Shown in pieces: positions 1 through 10,309 of a stretch of DNA of 64,000 nucleotides. Below the pieces are notes generated by a model. It did no database searches and was not told the origin of the DNA. It was given only the letters and a program-made list of their open reading frames with translations. How positions within the stretch are numbered: the stretch's first letter is position 1; each line of letters begins with the position of its first letter. The position numbers were made by a program, and so were the translations under genes. The stretch comes from Dehalococcoidia bacterium (GTDB lineage: Bacteria > Chloroflexota > Dehalococcoidia > UBA2979), in the NCBI GenBank assembly GCA_046328255.1, contig JAXLWY010000005.1, positions 22,930 to 86,929 of the forward strand, read 5' to 3'.

Positions 1-825
1 GACCACCGCGCCCGCTCGCGAGGAGCGCCGCGTAGCACTTCGCGAGCGCGCGCGCCGACCCGTAGCCGTTCGCAGCCGGGATCTGCGCCCGCGCCACCAC
101 CTCGCTGTTGTATGCCTGCGCCACCCGCGAGGTGAACCGCTGCGACCCCGCCGGGTCGTGATGCGTCACCTCGGACATCGCGTAGACCGGCACCCGTCGC
201 TGCAGGTCCCGCGTCTCGAGACCAATCGAGAGCTCTCCCTCGATGCCCAGGGTCCGAACACCTCGTCGCGCAGGTACTGGCGGGGCATCCGGCCGTCGAC
301 GCGTCGCACCAGCTCGCCGAGGAGCCAGCCAAAGGTGAGCGTGTGGTACCCCACGTCGGTGCCGGGTTCCCACTGCGCCCGCACCGAGGCGGTCTGCCGC
401 ACCGAGTACTCCCAGTCGTCCACGCGGTTGAGGTCGAAGTCGGCCGGGAGCTGGGGGCATCCCGCGCGATGGCTGAGCGCGTGGCGCACCGTCGCGCTCG
501 CCTTCCCGCCGCTCGCGAACTCGGGCCAGTACACGGACACACGGTCATCGAGGCGGATCCGCCGCTGCTCGACGAGTCGCAGCACCGCCAGCGCGATCAA
601 CGGCTTTGTCGATGAGAACAGCAACATCCGGTGGTTGCGCGTCAGGCGCTGCCCCGGCGAGGCGACGCCTCCCACCAGGTCCACGACGAGCTCGCCACCG
701 CGGTAGACGGCCAGCTGCGCGCCGGGGTGCCATCCCCGCGCGAGGTGCTCGGCAAACACCTCCTCCACGGCCGCCACCCCTCCGGTGGTCAGTCCCCTCG
801 AGGCGCTCCCAATGGTCATGGGCAC
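1..825 (-). pseudogene. Beta-lactamase-related serine hydrolase (class C / esterase-like). It has an apparent 1-nt deletion frameshift, and its 3' end runs off the window.
   Basis: ORF 166..825 carries the S-x-x-K motif (FSSTKP). After ...RDEVFGP the conserved continuation LGIEGELSIGLETRDLQRRVPVYAMSEV...IPAANGYGSARALAKCYAALLASG lies in the +2 frame and stays open to base 1. The frame break is at the GGG run 250-252. Confidence 0.85.
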
Positions 826-950
826 TCATCCGACTCGCACACCGCCCGCGGTCGTACCCATCGTAGTCCAACCTCGTGCCCGGCGACCGAACCACGGCGG
901 GGCGCACGACGAGGCGCCGGTCGATGGACTGCCGGCATCGATGGGTATGG

Positions 951-1935
951 CTATACGTCGCCGATCGCCAGCACGATCTTGCCGAAGTTCTCGTTCGACT
1001 CCATCCGCCGATGCGCCTCGGCAACCTCCTCGAGGGTACACACAGTCGATCACGGGCACGATCCGCCCGCGCGCGATCAGGGGCAGCACCCGACGCACGA
1101 ACTCCTGCGTCAGCGTCGCCTTCTCCTCGAGTGGGCGCCCACGCAACCCGGTCCCGCGCACCGAGGCGCGCTTGCGCGAGAGCATGCCGAGGTCATCGAC
1201 CTTTGATCCGCCCATCGACCCCACGATGATCATCCGGCCCTGCACCGCCAGCGACGCCAGGTTCTGCTGCCAGTAGGGCCCACCGATCACATCGAGGATG
1301 ACCTCGACGCCACGGCCGCCCGTGCGCTCCTGCACCACGGCCGCGAAGTCCTCGTCGCGATAGTTGATGCCCACCTCCAGTCCGAGGGCGCGCGCCCGCT
1401 CGAGCTTGTCCGCCGACCCCGCCGTCCCAAACGTCATGCACGACATGGCAGCCGCGATCTGCACCGCGGCCGTCCCCACGCCGGACCCGACCGCGTGGAT
1501 CAGCACCGACTCACCCGAGACGAGCCCGCACTGCAGCACGATCGCGTCGAACGCGGTCAGGAACACCTCGGGGATGCTTGCCGCCTGCTCATACGTCAGC
1601 CCGTCCGGGATGCGCATCGCCATCCGCTCGTGGACGGCAACCCTCGAGGCGTACCCGCCGCCACCGAGGAGCGCCATCACGCGGTCGCCGACGCGCCATT
1701 GGGTCACGCGCTCGCCGACCGCGATGACGTCGCCCGCCGCCTCGAGGCCGGGAATGTCTTGCGGAATCCCGGGGGGCGCCGGATACCCGCCGCGCCGCTG
1801 TCCGAGGTCGGCACGGTTCAGCGCCGACGCGCGTACCGCCACCAGCACCTCGTCCGGCCCCATCACCGGGTCCGGCCGCTCCTCGACGCGGAAGACCTCG
1901 GGCCCACCGGGCTCGCTCATCACGGCTGCACGCAT
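951..1935 (-). pseudogene. NADPH:quinone oxidoreductase (zinc-type ADH / MDR superfamily) with a frame break near the 3' end
   Basis: Starts MRAAVMSEPGGPEVFRVEERPDP at 1935 and has a GxGxxG-like HAVGSGVGTAAVQ. After ...PVIDCVY the conserved tail LEEVAEAHRRMESNENFGKIVLAIGDV* is in the +1 frame, with its stop at 951-953. The called ORF instead runs on as Arg/Gly-rich junk to 826. Confidence 0.85.
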
Positions 1936-2237
1936 GTTCGCTCCTCGATCGCGCCTGTCGGCGGCCCGGCTGCCTCGCGGATGGTACACGCGCGTCTCGA
2001 GGCGTCGCGTCCCGGTAAGGGACACGCCCGCCCCGGCCCTATACTCGGCGCGATGGATCGTTCGAGGTCGACCGTCCCCCTTGCGCTGCGCGCCGCCGCG
2101 TCCGCGTCGGCACCGCCCCTCGATCACCACCTGCGCGTACTCCTCCAATCCGCTGACAGCGCCACATCGCCATCGAGCACGACCGTGCTCGGCCGGTCCG
2201 CCGCGCGCACCCCACTCGCGGCTGGAGAGAAGTTTCG

Positions 2238-4769
2238 ATGACCACCACGCGCGACCTCCGCACCGAGCTCGCGGTCTCCGCCGACGCCCTCAGCGGCCAC
2301 CTCGATCCTGCCGAGCTGCACTTCGAGACGACCGACGAGCTGGTCGCGCTCGACGCCGTCTTCGGCCAGGAGCGCGCCGTGCGCGCCATCGAGTTCGCAC
2401 TTGGCATGCGCGACTCCCACTATCACCTGTACGTCTCGGGGCCCGACGGCTTCGGCAAGACCACCATCGTCGAGGGCTTCCTCCGCCGCCAGGCCACCCA
2501 GATGCCCGCGCCCCCCGACTGGGTCTATGTACGGAACTTCCAGGACCCGGACCGCCCGATCGGCGTCCGCCTCCCTGCCGGCGAGGCCCACCCGTTCGCC
2601 GACTCGGTCGCCTACGCGGTCGAACGCGCCATCGAGGATCTCGCTGCCGCCTTCGATTCGGACACGTACGCCCGCCAGCGCGCCGAGGCCGGCAAGGCCC
2701 TCGAGACGAAGCGCGCCGCACTCCTCGAGCAGCTCGCCAGGACAGCCGCCGAGGCGGGATTCCAGCTCCAGATGACCCCCACCGGCATCGTCTCGGCCGC
2801 CCTCCACGAGGGGAAACCGATCGACGAAGAGACCTTCAAGTCGCTCACCGATGAGCAACGCGCGGACATCGAGCGCCGCGCGCAGGGTCTCGAGGGCAAG
2901 GTCCAGGACGCCATGCTCCAGATGCGCGGCCTCGAGCGCGAGGCGCAAGAGGCGGTCGACAAGCTCGACGAGCAGGTCGCCGAGTTTGCCATCGAGCACC
3001 TCTTCCAGCCGCTTGCCGACCGCTACGCCGAGGACCGCGAGATCGTCGAGTTCGTCCAGTCGGTCCGCGACGACCTCCGCAAAGAGCGCGCCCGCATCCT
3101 CGAGCAGCCCAATCCTGCGATGGCTGCGTTCGGGGGTGGGCCTTCGCCTCAGCAACAGCGCGAGGGCCTCAAGCGCCGCTACGCCGTGAACGTCTTCGTC
3201 CAGAACGATCCGCAGCTCGGTGCGCCCGTCGTCGTCGAGCGCCACCCCACGTACTACAACCTCGTCGGCCGCGTGGAGTACGTCGGCCAGATGGGGACGA
3301 TGATCACCGATCACACCCTCGTGAAGTCGGGCTCGCTTGCCCGAGCCTCCGGGGGCTTCCTCGTGATCCGGCTGCGCGACCTGTTGATCAACGCAATGTC
3401 CTACGACGGGCTCAAGCGCGCGCTCCAGTCGCGGTCCGTAGCCATCGAGAATCTCGGCGAATCCCTCGGCCTCACCCCCACGACGGCACTGCGCCCGGAG
3501 CCGATGCCCCTCGACGTCAAGGTCACGATCGTCGGCGACCCTGCCACCTACAGCCTGCTCTATCGACTCGACCCCGACTTCCGCGAGCTCTTCCGCGTGA
3601 AGGCGGACTTCGATTCCGACTTCCCCCGCGACGAGATGAACATCCGAGGCGTCGCCGCGCTGGTGCGCCAGCAGTGCGTCGAGTTCGGGCTCCGACCCTT
3701 CACCCGCGAGTCGGTCGCGGGCCTGGTCGAGCACGCCTCCCGCATGGTCGAGGACCAGCGCCGCATGACCGCGAACATCGGGGCGTACACCGACATCATC
3801 CGCCAGGCCGACTACTGGGCAGGAGAGGCGGGCTCGGCCGTCGTCGACATCGAGCACCTGCACCGTGCCCTCGACGAGGCGGTCTATCGCTCATCGCTCG
3901 TCCGCGATCGCATCCAGATGATGATCGACGACGGCTCGCTCCTCATTGATTCCGAGGGCGTGCAGGCCGGGCAGATCAACGCCCTCTCCGTGTACGACCT
4001 CGGTGACATCTCGTTTGGCCGCCCCTCGCGGGTCACCTGCGTCGTCGCGCCCGGACGAGGCTCGATCGTGAACATCGAGCGCGAGGCCAACATGGCCGGG
4101 CGCATCCACAACAAGGGCTTCCTCATTGCGCGCGCGTTCCTCGCCGAGCGTTTCGGCCAGTCGCGCGAGCTGGCGGTCAACGCCAGCCTCACCTTCGAGC
4201 AGCTCTACGGCGACATCGATGGAGACTCGGCGTCCTCCACGGAGATCTATGTCCTGCTCTCCGCCCTCGCCGAGATCCCCATCGACCAGGGCATCGCCGT
4301 CACCGGCTCGGTCAACCAGCGCGGCGAGATCCAGCCCATCGGGGGTGCAATCGCCAAGATCGAGGGCTTCTTCGAGGTCTGTGCCGCGCGTGGCCTCGAT
4401 GGCAAGCAGGGGGTGATGCTCCCGCGCACCAACATCCAGAACGTCGTCCTGCGCAAGGACGTGAGCGACGCCATCGCAGCGGGCACGTTCCACGTCTGGG
4501 GCGTCAGCACGGTCGAGGAGGGCATCGAGCTCCTCACTGGCGTCCCCGCCGGAGTCCGCAACGAGGATGGCACCTACCCCGAGGGCACCGTGTTCCGCAA
4601 GGTTGCCGACCGCCTCGACGCGTTCTTCAACTCGCTCTCGGGCTCCACGGGCATGCGAGTGGAGACGCGCATCGTCAGTCCGCCCCCCGGAGCCGGCGCA
4701 CCCACCCCGCCCGGCGTGCCGCCCTCGCCGCCACCGCAGCCCCCGGTCGGCGTGGAGTGGGTGTTCTGA
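2238..4769 (+). CDS. Lon-like protease: N-terminal AAA-like domain with a long helical insert, plus a C-terminal S16 Lon protease domain (LonC-like)
   Basis: P-loop YVSGPDGFGKTT. C-terminal Lon catalytic Ser context (GDIDGDSASSTE) and Lys context (GGAIAKIEGFF). Proline-rich tail. 843 aa. Confidence 0.85.
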   Translation: MTTTRDLRTELAVSADALSGHLDPAELHFETTDELVALDAVFGQERAVRAIEFALGMRDSHYHLYVSGPDGFGKTTIVEGFLRRQATQMPAPPDWVYVRNFQDPDRPIGVRLPAGEAHPFADSVAYAVERAIEDLAAAFDSDTYARQRAEAGKALETKRAALLEQLARTAAEAGFQLQMTPTGIVSAALHEGKPIDEETFKSLTDEQRADIERRAQGLEGKVQDAMLQMRGLEREAQEAVDKLDEQVAEFAIEHLFQPLADRYAEDREIVEFVQSVRDDLRKERARILEQPNPAMAAFGGGPSPQQQREGLKRRYAVNVFVQNDPQLGAPVVVERHPTYYNLVGRVEYVGQMGTMITDHTLVKSGSLARASGGFLVIRLRDLLINAMSYDGLKRALQSRSVAIENLGESLGLTPTTALRPEPMPLDVKVTIVGDPATYSLLYRLDPDFRELFRVKADFDSDFPRDEMNIRGVAALVRQQCVEFGLRPFTRESVAGLVEHASRMVEDQRRMTANIGAYTDIIRQADYWAGEAGSAVVDIEHLHRALDEAVYRSSLVRDRIQMMIDDGSLLIDSEGVQAGQINALSVYDLGDISFGRPSRVTCVVAPGRGSIVNIEREANMAGRIHNKGFLIARAFLAERFGQSRELAVNASLTFEQLYGDIDGDSASSTEIYVLLSALAEIPIDQGIAVTGSVNQRGEIQPIGGAIAKIEGFFEVCAARGLDGKQGVMLPRTNIQNVVLRKDVSDAIAAGTFHVWGVSTVEEGIELLTGVPAGVRNEDGTYPEGTVFRKVADRLDAFFNSLSGSTGMRVETRIVSPPPGAGAPTPPGVPPSPPPQPPVGVEWVF

Positions 4770-5383
4770 CCTCCATCCGACCAGCCGAGGCGTCACGGCC
4801 GCTCGTCACCCTCGATCTTGATGGTGTGATCTGCTCGCCCCCGCTCGGGCTCAACTGGGGCATCCACCGTGACTTACTCGATCCGAGCGCGCCACCCGAG
4901 CCGGCCCGCGTCCCACCCGCGTGGCTGCGCCTCCTCTTCGATCACGCGCGGTTCGATCTCCGGCGCCCGCTTCCCGATGCGGCCACCGGGCTGCGCGCCC
5001 TCTCGAGGCTGGCGCGCATCGTCATCCTCACCGGGCGCCGCACGTCGCCCGCGGCGTGGCTGCGTCGACACAACCTCGACCGCCATATCGAGGCGATCAC
5101 GATCAACGACACCGCCCTGCGCAGCCCGCACTTCAAGGCCCGCGCCCTCGAACGCCTGCGGCCGCTCGCTCACCTCGATGACGACCCGCGCACGGTTCAG
5201 CTCCTCGCCGAGCTGCCCGAGCTCGCAACCCTCGAGGTCTACCTGCGCGACTGGTCGCGCAATCGGAACCTCCGGCTGGCGCCGCGCGTCACCCGAGTCG
5301 CCACACTCCACGACCTCGCCGCGCGCCTCGCCGCGCACGCCTCGAGTGCCGGGCAGCCCATCGAGGGTTTGACCTCCGCGTGA
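4757..5383 (+). CDS. HAD-superfamily hydrolase-like protein
   Basis: DLDGV motif I, LTGR motif II and an HLDDD motif IV-like. High GC3 in this frame. The GTG start overlaps the lon-like stop by 13 nt, and the exact start is uncertain. Confidence 0.6.
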   Translation: MGVLTSIRPAEASRPLVTLDLDGVICSPPLGLNWGIHRDLLDPSAPPEPARVPPAWLRLLFDHARFDLRRPLPDAATGLRALSRLARIVILTGRRTSPAAWLRRHNLDRHIEAITINDTALRSPHFKARALERLRPLAHLDDDPRTVQLLAELPELATLEVYLRDWSRNRNLRLAPRVTRVATLHDLAARLAAHASSAGQPIEGLTSA

Positions 5384-5463
5384 GCGCGCCCGACCCGGAT
5401 TCCTGGCAGAGCCCCACGTCCTCGACGATCACGCGATCCAGGCTCGCGGCCGTGGAATCGAGG

Positions 5464-5910
5464 TCAGCTCGCGCGCCGCAACGCCTCGGGCTCCGATCCC
5501 GCGATGACCTCCGGCTTGTGGGCGGCAAACGCGGCCAGGACCTCGTCGCGTTCCCGCTGAGGCACGCTGAACTCGTCGAGTGTGCGCGCGAGGACCGCCG
5601 CCACCTCGTCGAACTCAGCGGATGTGATGTGGAGTTCGCGGTGGGCTTCCTCAAGTCCCAGCGGCGTCGACCCGGGCCTTGTCGCGCTGAAGGTGAAGGG
5701 GCCACCCGAGACCTCGCAGACCCAGAGCGTCCGCTGGAACTTCAGTCCGGGCAGGCGCTCGAGGCTCTGCGTATGCCATTTCCGCAGCGCAGGGTTCAGC
5801 GAAGCCTGGCCTACCTTGTGGTTCTCGATGAGCGCATCGCTGAAGCGGTCTACCACCGCCGCGATGGCAAAGACGCCGCCCAGTAGCTCGTACAGGCTCT
5901 GCTCGTTCAT
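5464..5910 (-). CDS. Truncated hemoglobin (2-on-2 globin family)
   Basis: MNEQSLYELLGGVFAIAAVVDRFSDALIEN... is a typical trHb N-terminus. The ATG at 5910 is preceded by a GGAGG-type RBS (cctcc on the + strand at 5916-5920). Confidence 0.75.
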   Translation of the reverse strand: MNEQSLYELLGGVFAIAAVVDRFSDALIENHKVGQASLNPALRKWHTQSLERLPGLKFQRTLWVCEVSGGPFTFSATRPGSTPLGLEEAHRELHITSAEFDEVAAVLARTLDEFSVPQRERDEVLAAFAAHKPEVIAGSEPEALRRAS

Positions 5911-6143
5911 CTCGCCTCCTCTTGCCCTCGGGTGAGGGGACGGTAGGTCGAGGTTCATGTCAGAGCGGTCATGCTGCGCTCAGCCGTTCCTCGCAGAACC
6001 ATGACGACGCCGACCTCGGTGTTACGCACGTGCAACCTTGGCCCGGTCCCTGCAGCCGCCAACTCGATGAGTCGTCCACCTGGCGAACGAGTGCGCACCT
6101 CTCGCCATGGCGACGGAGGGTAGGATCCCGGCGCCTGCCTCGC

Positions 6144-6971
6144 TCAGATCCTCGCGCCGAGCCGTCGCAGGAAGGTCACGCACACAGCAACAGGGCCCGC
6201 CGCGTACGGCGGCACACCCACTCGCTGAGGCGATAACCGCAGCGGCTTCCCGTTGAACTGCACCAGCTCGCCGCCCGCCGCCTGCAGCACGGCCGCGCCG
6301 CCCGCGACGTCCCACACCGACCGCGGACCCGTCGAGAAGTACACGCTCGCGCGGCCATCCACCACGTGCGCCAGCTTCACAGCGGCCGACCCGCATGGAT
6401 AGACCTCGTACGGGATCTGGTGCTGCAGCCGCTTCCATTCGTAGTCGTTGCGGCTGACCACGACGCGGCCGACCTCGGCGCCGCCGTCGAGCGGCGCGAG
6501 CATCACCCCATCGCGGCGCACCTCGGCGCGCCCGTCACCCACGAGACCCGACAGCACTTCCTTCGTCGAGGGTAGCCCCACCGCGCCGAGGACGAGCGTG
6601 TCCCCCACGAACAGCCCCACGGACACGCCGTACTCGGGCAGCCCGCGCAGGAACTCCCGCGTCCCATCGAGGGGGTCCACGACCCAGGTCGGCTCCCCGC
6701 GCACCAGGGGCCCCACCTGCTCCGACTCCTCGGAGAGCCAGTGCGAGCCCGGCAGCAGCGACATCAGCCGTCCGTGCAGCACCCGGTCCGCGGCGTGATC
6801 CGCCTCGGTGACCGGGCCCTCGCCGTGCTTGTGGCCGACGCGAATCGTATCCTGCGCCAGCACCTCGAGGATCGCCAGGTTGGCCGCGCGCACCGCCTCC
6901 TCGAGGCCGTCGCGCACGCCGTCGAGGTCAACGCCCGTGCCTGTGCCACCGCTGCCGCCGCGTGCTGTCAT
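6144..6971 (-). CDS. Inositol monophosphatase family phosphatase (SuhB/CysQ-like)
   Basis: WVVDPLDGTREF metal-binding motif, plus EESE and a WDVAGG-like C-terminal motif. Confidence 0.85.
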   Translation of the reverse strand: MTARGGSGGTGTGVDLDGVRDGLEEAVRAANLAILEVLAQDTIRVGHKHGEGPVTEADHAADRVLHGRLMSLLPGSHWLSEESEQVGPLVRGEPTWVVDPLDGTREFLRGLPEYGVSVGLFVGDTLVLGAVGLPSTKEVLSGLVGDGRAEVRRDGVMLAPLDGGAEVGRVVVSRNDYEWKRLQHQIPYEVYPCGSAAVKLAHVVDGRASVYFSTGPRSVWDVAGGAAVLQAAGGELVQFNGKPLRLSPQRVGVPPYAAGPVAVCVTFLRRLGARI

Positions 6972-7026
6972 CGCGAACCTTCTGCCCCGGACTGCTCCTC
7001 GATGCTAGCACCGGCCCGGGCGCGGC

Positions 7027-8676
7027 CTATCCTCGGCGAGCGCTATCGAGGCGCCAGGTCGCCGCGAACCATCCCTCGTTGAACGTATCGGCGTCCCACT
7101 CGTACCCCTGGACCGAGGTGCCCACCCACGCCCCCTCAACGCGCGTACCCAGCGGCAGCAAGGCTGGCACGCTATCGAGGAGCACACGCTGCGCCTGCCG
7201 CGAGCGGTTCCCCCGCTCGATCGGAGAGAGCGCGCTGAGGGCGCGCCGCGCGGCTGCGTCGAACACCGGGTTCGAGAACCCCCACGGCGAGAACGTCCCC
7301 TCGAGTCCCGCCGAGGTGTGCAGCCGCAGCCCGGCATCCGGCGTCTTGAGGTTCGGCGAGTCGAACAACACCGCCTCGAACTCGCCGCCCCGCAACGACT
7401 TCTCCCACTCGGCGGCCGGCACCAGCGTCGGCCGCATCCGCATCCCGGCCTCCGCCACCTGCTTCTGGATGCTCGTCAGCATCGAGCGCGCCTCGACGGT
7501 GTCCGGCGCCAGCATCGAGAAGGCGAGCTCGGCCTTGTTCGCCGCCGCGAGCAGCCCGACCGCCGCCTGTGGCTGCCGCCGGTAGATCGAGTGCGCGCGC
7601 AGCTCCTCGGGCTTGAGCGCGTCCGAGGCGAAGGCCGGACCGACCGGTCCGCTCTCGATTGCCTTTGCCGCGGACAGCAATTCGTCCCGATCAATCGACA
7701 GCGCCACCGCCCGTCGCACGCGCTCTTCGGCAAACGGTCCGGGCGCGCCCGCGCGGTCCGAGCGCTGCAGCGTCGCCACCGAGAGCGCGATGCCGAACAT
7801 TCCTCGCGACGGCCGCCGCGCCTGTCGCATCCCCACGCTCGCGGGAGGCTGCCCGCCTGCGAGGCGATGCACGTCCAGCGCACCGCTCCCCGCCAGCCCT
7901 TCGATCGCCGCACTATCCGGCCGGATCAGCACGTTGATCGCCTCCAGCAGCGGCAGCCCGGGGCGGTGGTAGAGCGGGTTCGAGGCGAGCAGGACGGCGT
8001 CGGCGCTCACCTCCGCCGGGACGAACGGCCCCGCTCCCAGCGGCAGGTTGATCGAGGCGTACCGTCCGACGTCGCGAATCGCCGCCTGCGCGGGGTCGGC
8101 CAGCGATTCGAACAGCGTCCCGAACGGTGCACGCAGGTGCAGCACCACGGTGCGCTCGTCAGGCGACTCGACGCGATCGATCACCTCGGTGAAGAGGAAC
8201 TCGCGAGCCGCGGCGCGCGCACGGAAGTCCCGCTCCACGGCGTCCGCAGTCAGCGCCGAGGCGAGACCGTCCGCGTTCGGATGGAAGCGCGCATCGGCCC
8301 GCAGCGTGAATGCCACCTGCAACTCGCCCGCCAGCTCCACCTTCTGCGCGAGGTCGCCGTACACCTCCCCGCTCCGAGGATCGACGCAGCACAGCTGCCC
8401 GGAGATCAGCGGGAGCAGCACCCCACCGAGGGTGTCCGGGGTCGCCGCCATGCGCAGTAACCCGCTGCGCTTCTGCTTCGGCGGCGAGGGGTCCCGCAGC
8501 ACGGGGACCGCGCCCATCTCGACGCGCTCACTCGACGCCGGCGTCCCCCCGCACGCCGCCAGCACCGGCCATGCGAACGCGCACACCGAGGCGCCCGCTG
8601 CCAGGCGCAGGAACTCCCGGCGCGTCCGTCCCTCGACGCCTCCGCCTCGAATTCCCATCGATCGAGGTCTGCTCAC
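7027..8676 (-). CDS. ABC transporter substrate-binding protein, family 5 (peptide/nickel type), Tat/lipoprotein signal
   Basis: RREFLRLAAGAS twin-arginine-like leader followed by LAACGG. Length 549 aa with an SBP_bac_5-like layout. Confidence 0.75.
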   Translation of the reverse strand: MSRPRSMGIRGGGVEGRTRREFLRLAAGASVCAFAWPVLAACGGTPASSERVEMGAVPVLRDPSPPKQKRSGLLRMAATPDTLGGVLLPLISGQLCCVDPRSGEVYGDLAQKVELAGELQVAFTLRADARFHPNADGLASALTADAVERDFRARAAAREFLFTEVIDRVESPDERTVVLHLRAPFGTLFESLADPAQAAIRDVGRYASINLPLGAGPFVPAEVSADAVLLASNPLYHRPGLPLLEAINVLIRPDSAAIEGLAGSGALDVHRLAGGQPPASVGMRQARRPSRGMFGIALSVATLQRSDRAGAPGPFAEERVRRAVALSIDRDELLSAAKAIESGPVGPAFASDALKPEELRAHSIYRRQPQAAVGLLAAANKAELAFSMLAPDTVEARSMLTSIQKQVAEAGMRMRPTLVPAAEWEKSLRGGEFEAVLFDSPNLKTPDAGLRLHTSAGLEGTFSPWGFSNPVFDAAARRALSALSPIERGNRSRQAQRVLLDSVPALLPLGTRVEGAWVGTSVQGYEWDADTFNEGWFAATWRLDSARRG

Positions 8677-8835
8677 GCATCAACTGTAGGCACGACCCGC
8701 CGTACGGACGCAATTGCAGTCGCCCGCCGCCTCGACCCGTCGGTCCACCGCCCGCCCAGATCCCTCGAACTCTCGAGACTCGATGAGCGCGGCAGGGAGA
8801 GGGCGCAACCGCTGCTCGGGCCAGTCGCGTTTGTT

Positions 8836-9883
8836 ATGCTCCTCTCGGAGGCGGCCCTCGCGGGGCAGCACGCTGGCGGTGGGATCGTGATCTGGACTGC
8901 GGCTCGATGGACCGGGGTCGTGCTCCTCAGCGCCGCCGGGTTGTTCTGGGCCAGCGTGGTAGTCGGACTGAGCACGTTCGGCCTCGGCGAGCACCCCGCC
9001 GGCGCCATCCTCGGCGGCACCACCGTGCTGACCGTCGTGCCGCTCGTGAGCGGTACGCTACTCTACCGCGCTGGGGTACGCCGCCATTCCGCCACGACGA
9101 ACCTGCTCGTCCGGGTCGCTGGTTCCACAATCGCCCTGGTGAGGCTCTTCATCGCCGCCCCGGTCGCGGCTGGCGCATGGGTGAAGCGTGGCGGGCCTCG
9201 AGCCACCGTATCCGAGTGCGCCTCGACCCTCCGGCTCCTCTCGCAGGACCTACGGACGATTCAGGCGATCGCGAAGTCAGCCGCCATCGCAGCGTACCGG
9301 GAGCGCGGGGAGCCACATCGCGAGCGCCGCGAGGCCGAGGTTCGCGCTCGCGCTGACCGCGTACCGCCCTCGATTCCGCTACCGGACAGGACCCAGGTAA
9401 CGCCGCTCGCCCGTGTCCATATCACGCCACGCTGGATGTTCCCCCGACCTCCGGTTCACCCCCACGCAGTCATCCTCCGCACGGGCCGGAGAGGCAGCCG
9501 TCTCGGGATCATCGGACTCCTGCTCCTGCTCGGCGGGGCACTCTTCTATGCATCGATCATGACGAGGTCGGGAGCACTCCTGGTCTTCCCGGTCGTGTGC
9601 CTGGCGTACACGTGGCGATTTGCATGGCAGGAGATCGCCGAGCTGCATTTCGAGCCAGCGGCGCTACGATTCGTCGCCCCGCTCCGCCAGGTGCTCGTAC
9701 TGCCGGGCGAGGTGATCGAGCTCCGGCGCAAGGGCTCGTGGGACGGTGACACCGACGACCGTCACCTCAGCGTCATCACGGCGGGATGCGTTCAGGATCC
9801 CTCACCACCGCTCCGTGGAGGACCTGGAAGCGGCGATTCGCTCGTGGAACCCGAGCGCTCGCCTCACCGGCAGCTGGGACTAG
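8836..9883 (+). CDS. Hypothetical multi-pass membrane protein. There is a possible +1 frame change near 9783; the ORF as called runs to 9993.
   Basis: Several hydrophobic segments and acceptable GC3. After ...DRHLSVITA the called frame turns into R/G/P/S junk with low GC3. The +1 frame reads DAFRIPHHRSVEDLEAAIRSWNPSARLTGSWD* with high GC3, stop at 9881-9883. Confidence 0.45.
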
Positions 9884-9973
9884 CGAACGCGCGAAGGGCA
9901 CAGCCCACCTCGAGGCAGGCTCGACGGTCTGCCGTGGGCGCACGGGGTGCGCCCGGAGCCCTCGAGGCAGCCG

Positions 9974-10309
9974 CTACCAGATGCCAAGCATGAGCTTGAC
10001 CTCGTCGGAGGCCATCGTCTTCGGGTCCCAGGGCGGGTCCCAGACCAGGTTCACCTCCACGTCCTCCACGCCGTCCATCTGCGTGAGGAGGTGGTACGCC
10101 TGCCCCTGGATCATCGGCCCGATGGGGCACGCCGGACTCGTGAGCGTCAGGTCGATCGTCACCACGCCCTGCTCATCGATGTAGATCCCGTACACCAGCC
10201 CCAGGTCCACGATGCTCATGCGCAGCTCCGGGTCCTGCACCGTTTGCAGCACCGCGCGCAACTCCTCGAGGGTGGGCCGCGTCGTCGTCTCCGTCGCGTC
10301 AGCCATCAC
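9974..10309 (-). CDS. sufT: DUF59 / SufT-like Fe-S assembly protein
   Basis: VQDPELRMSIVDLGLVY...TLTSPACP is the DUF59 signature. It is the last gene of the suf operon, and its start overlaps the sufU stop. Confidence 0.85.
   Translation of the reverse strand: MMADATETTTRPTLEELRAVLQTVQDPELRMSIVDLGLVYGIYIDEQGVVTIDLTLTSPACPIGPMIQGQAYHLLTQMDGVEDVEVNLVWDPPWDPKTMASDEVKLMLGIW

Noticed and set aside
2124-3863. 579-aa ORF antisense to the Lon-like protease gene
   Set aside because: The product is Asp/Gly/Arg/Ala-rich and low-complexity with no recognisable motif. It entirely overlaps a strongly conserved gene on the other strand. This is a typical high-GC shadow ORF.
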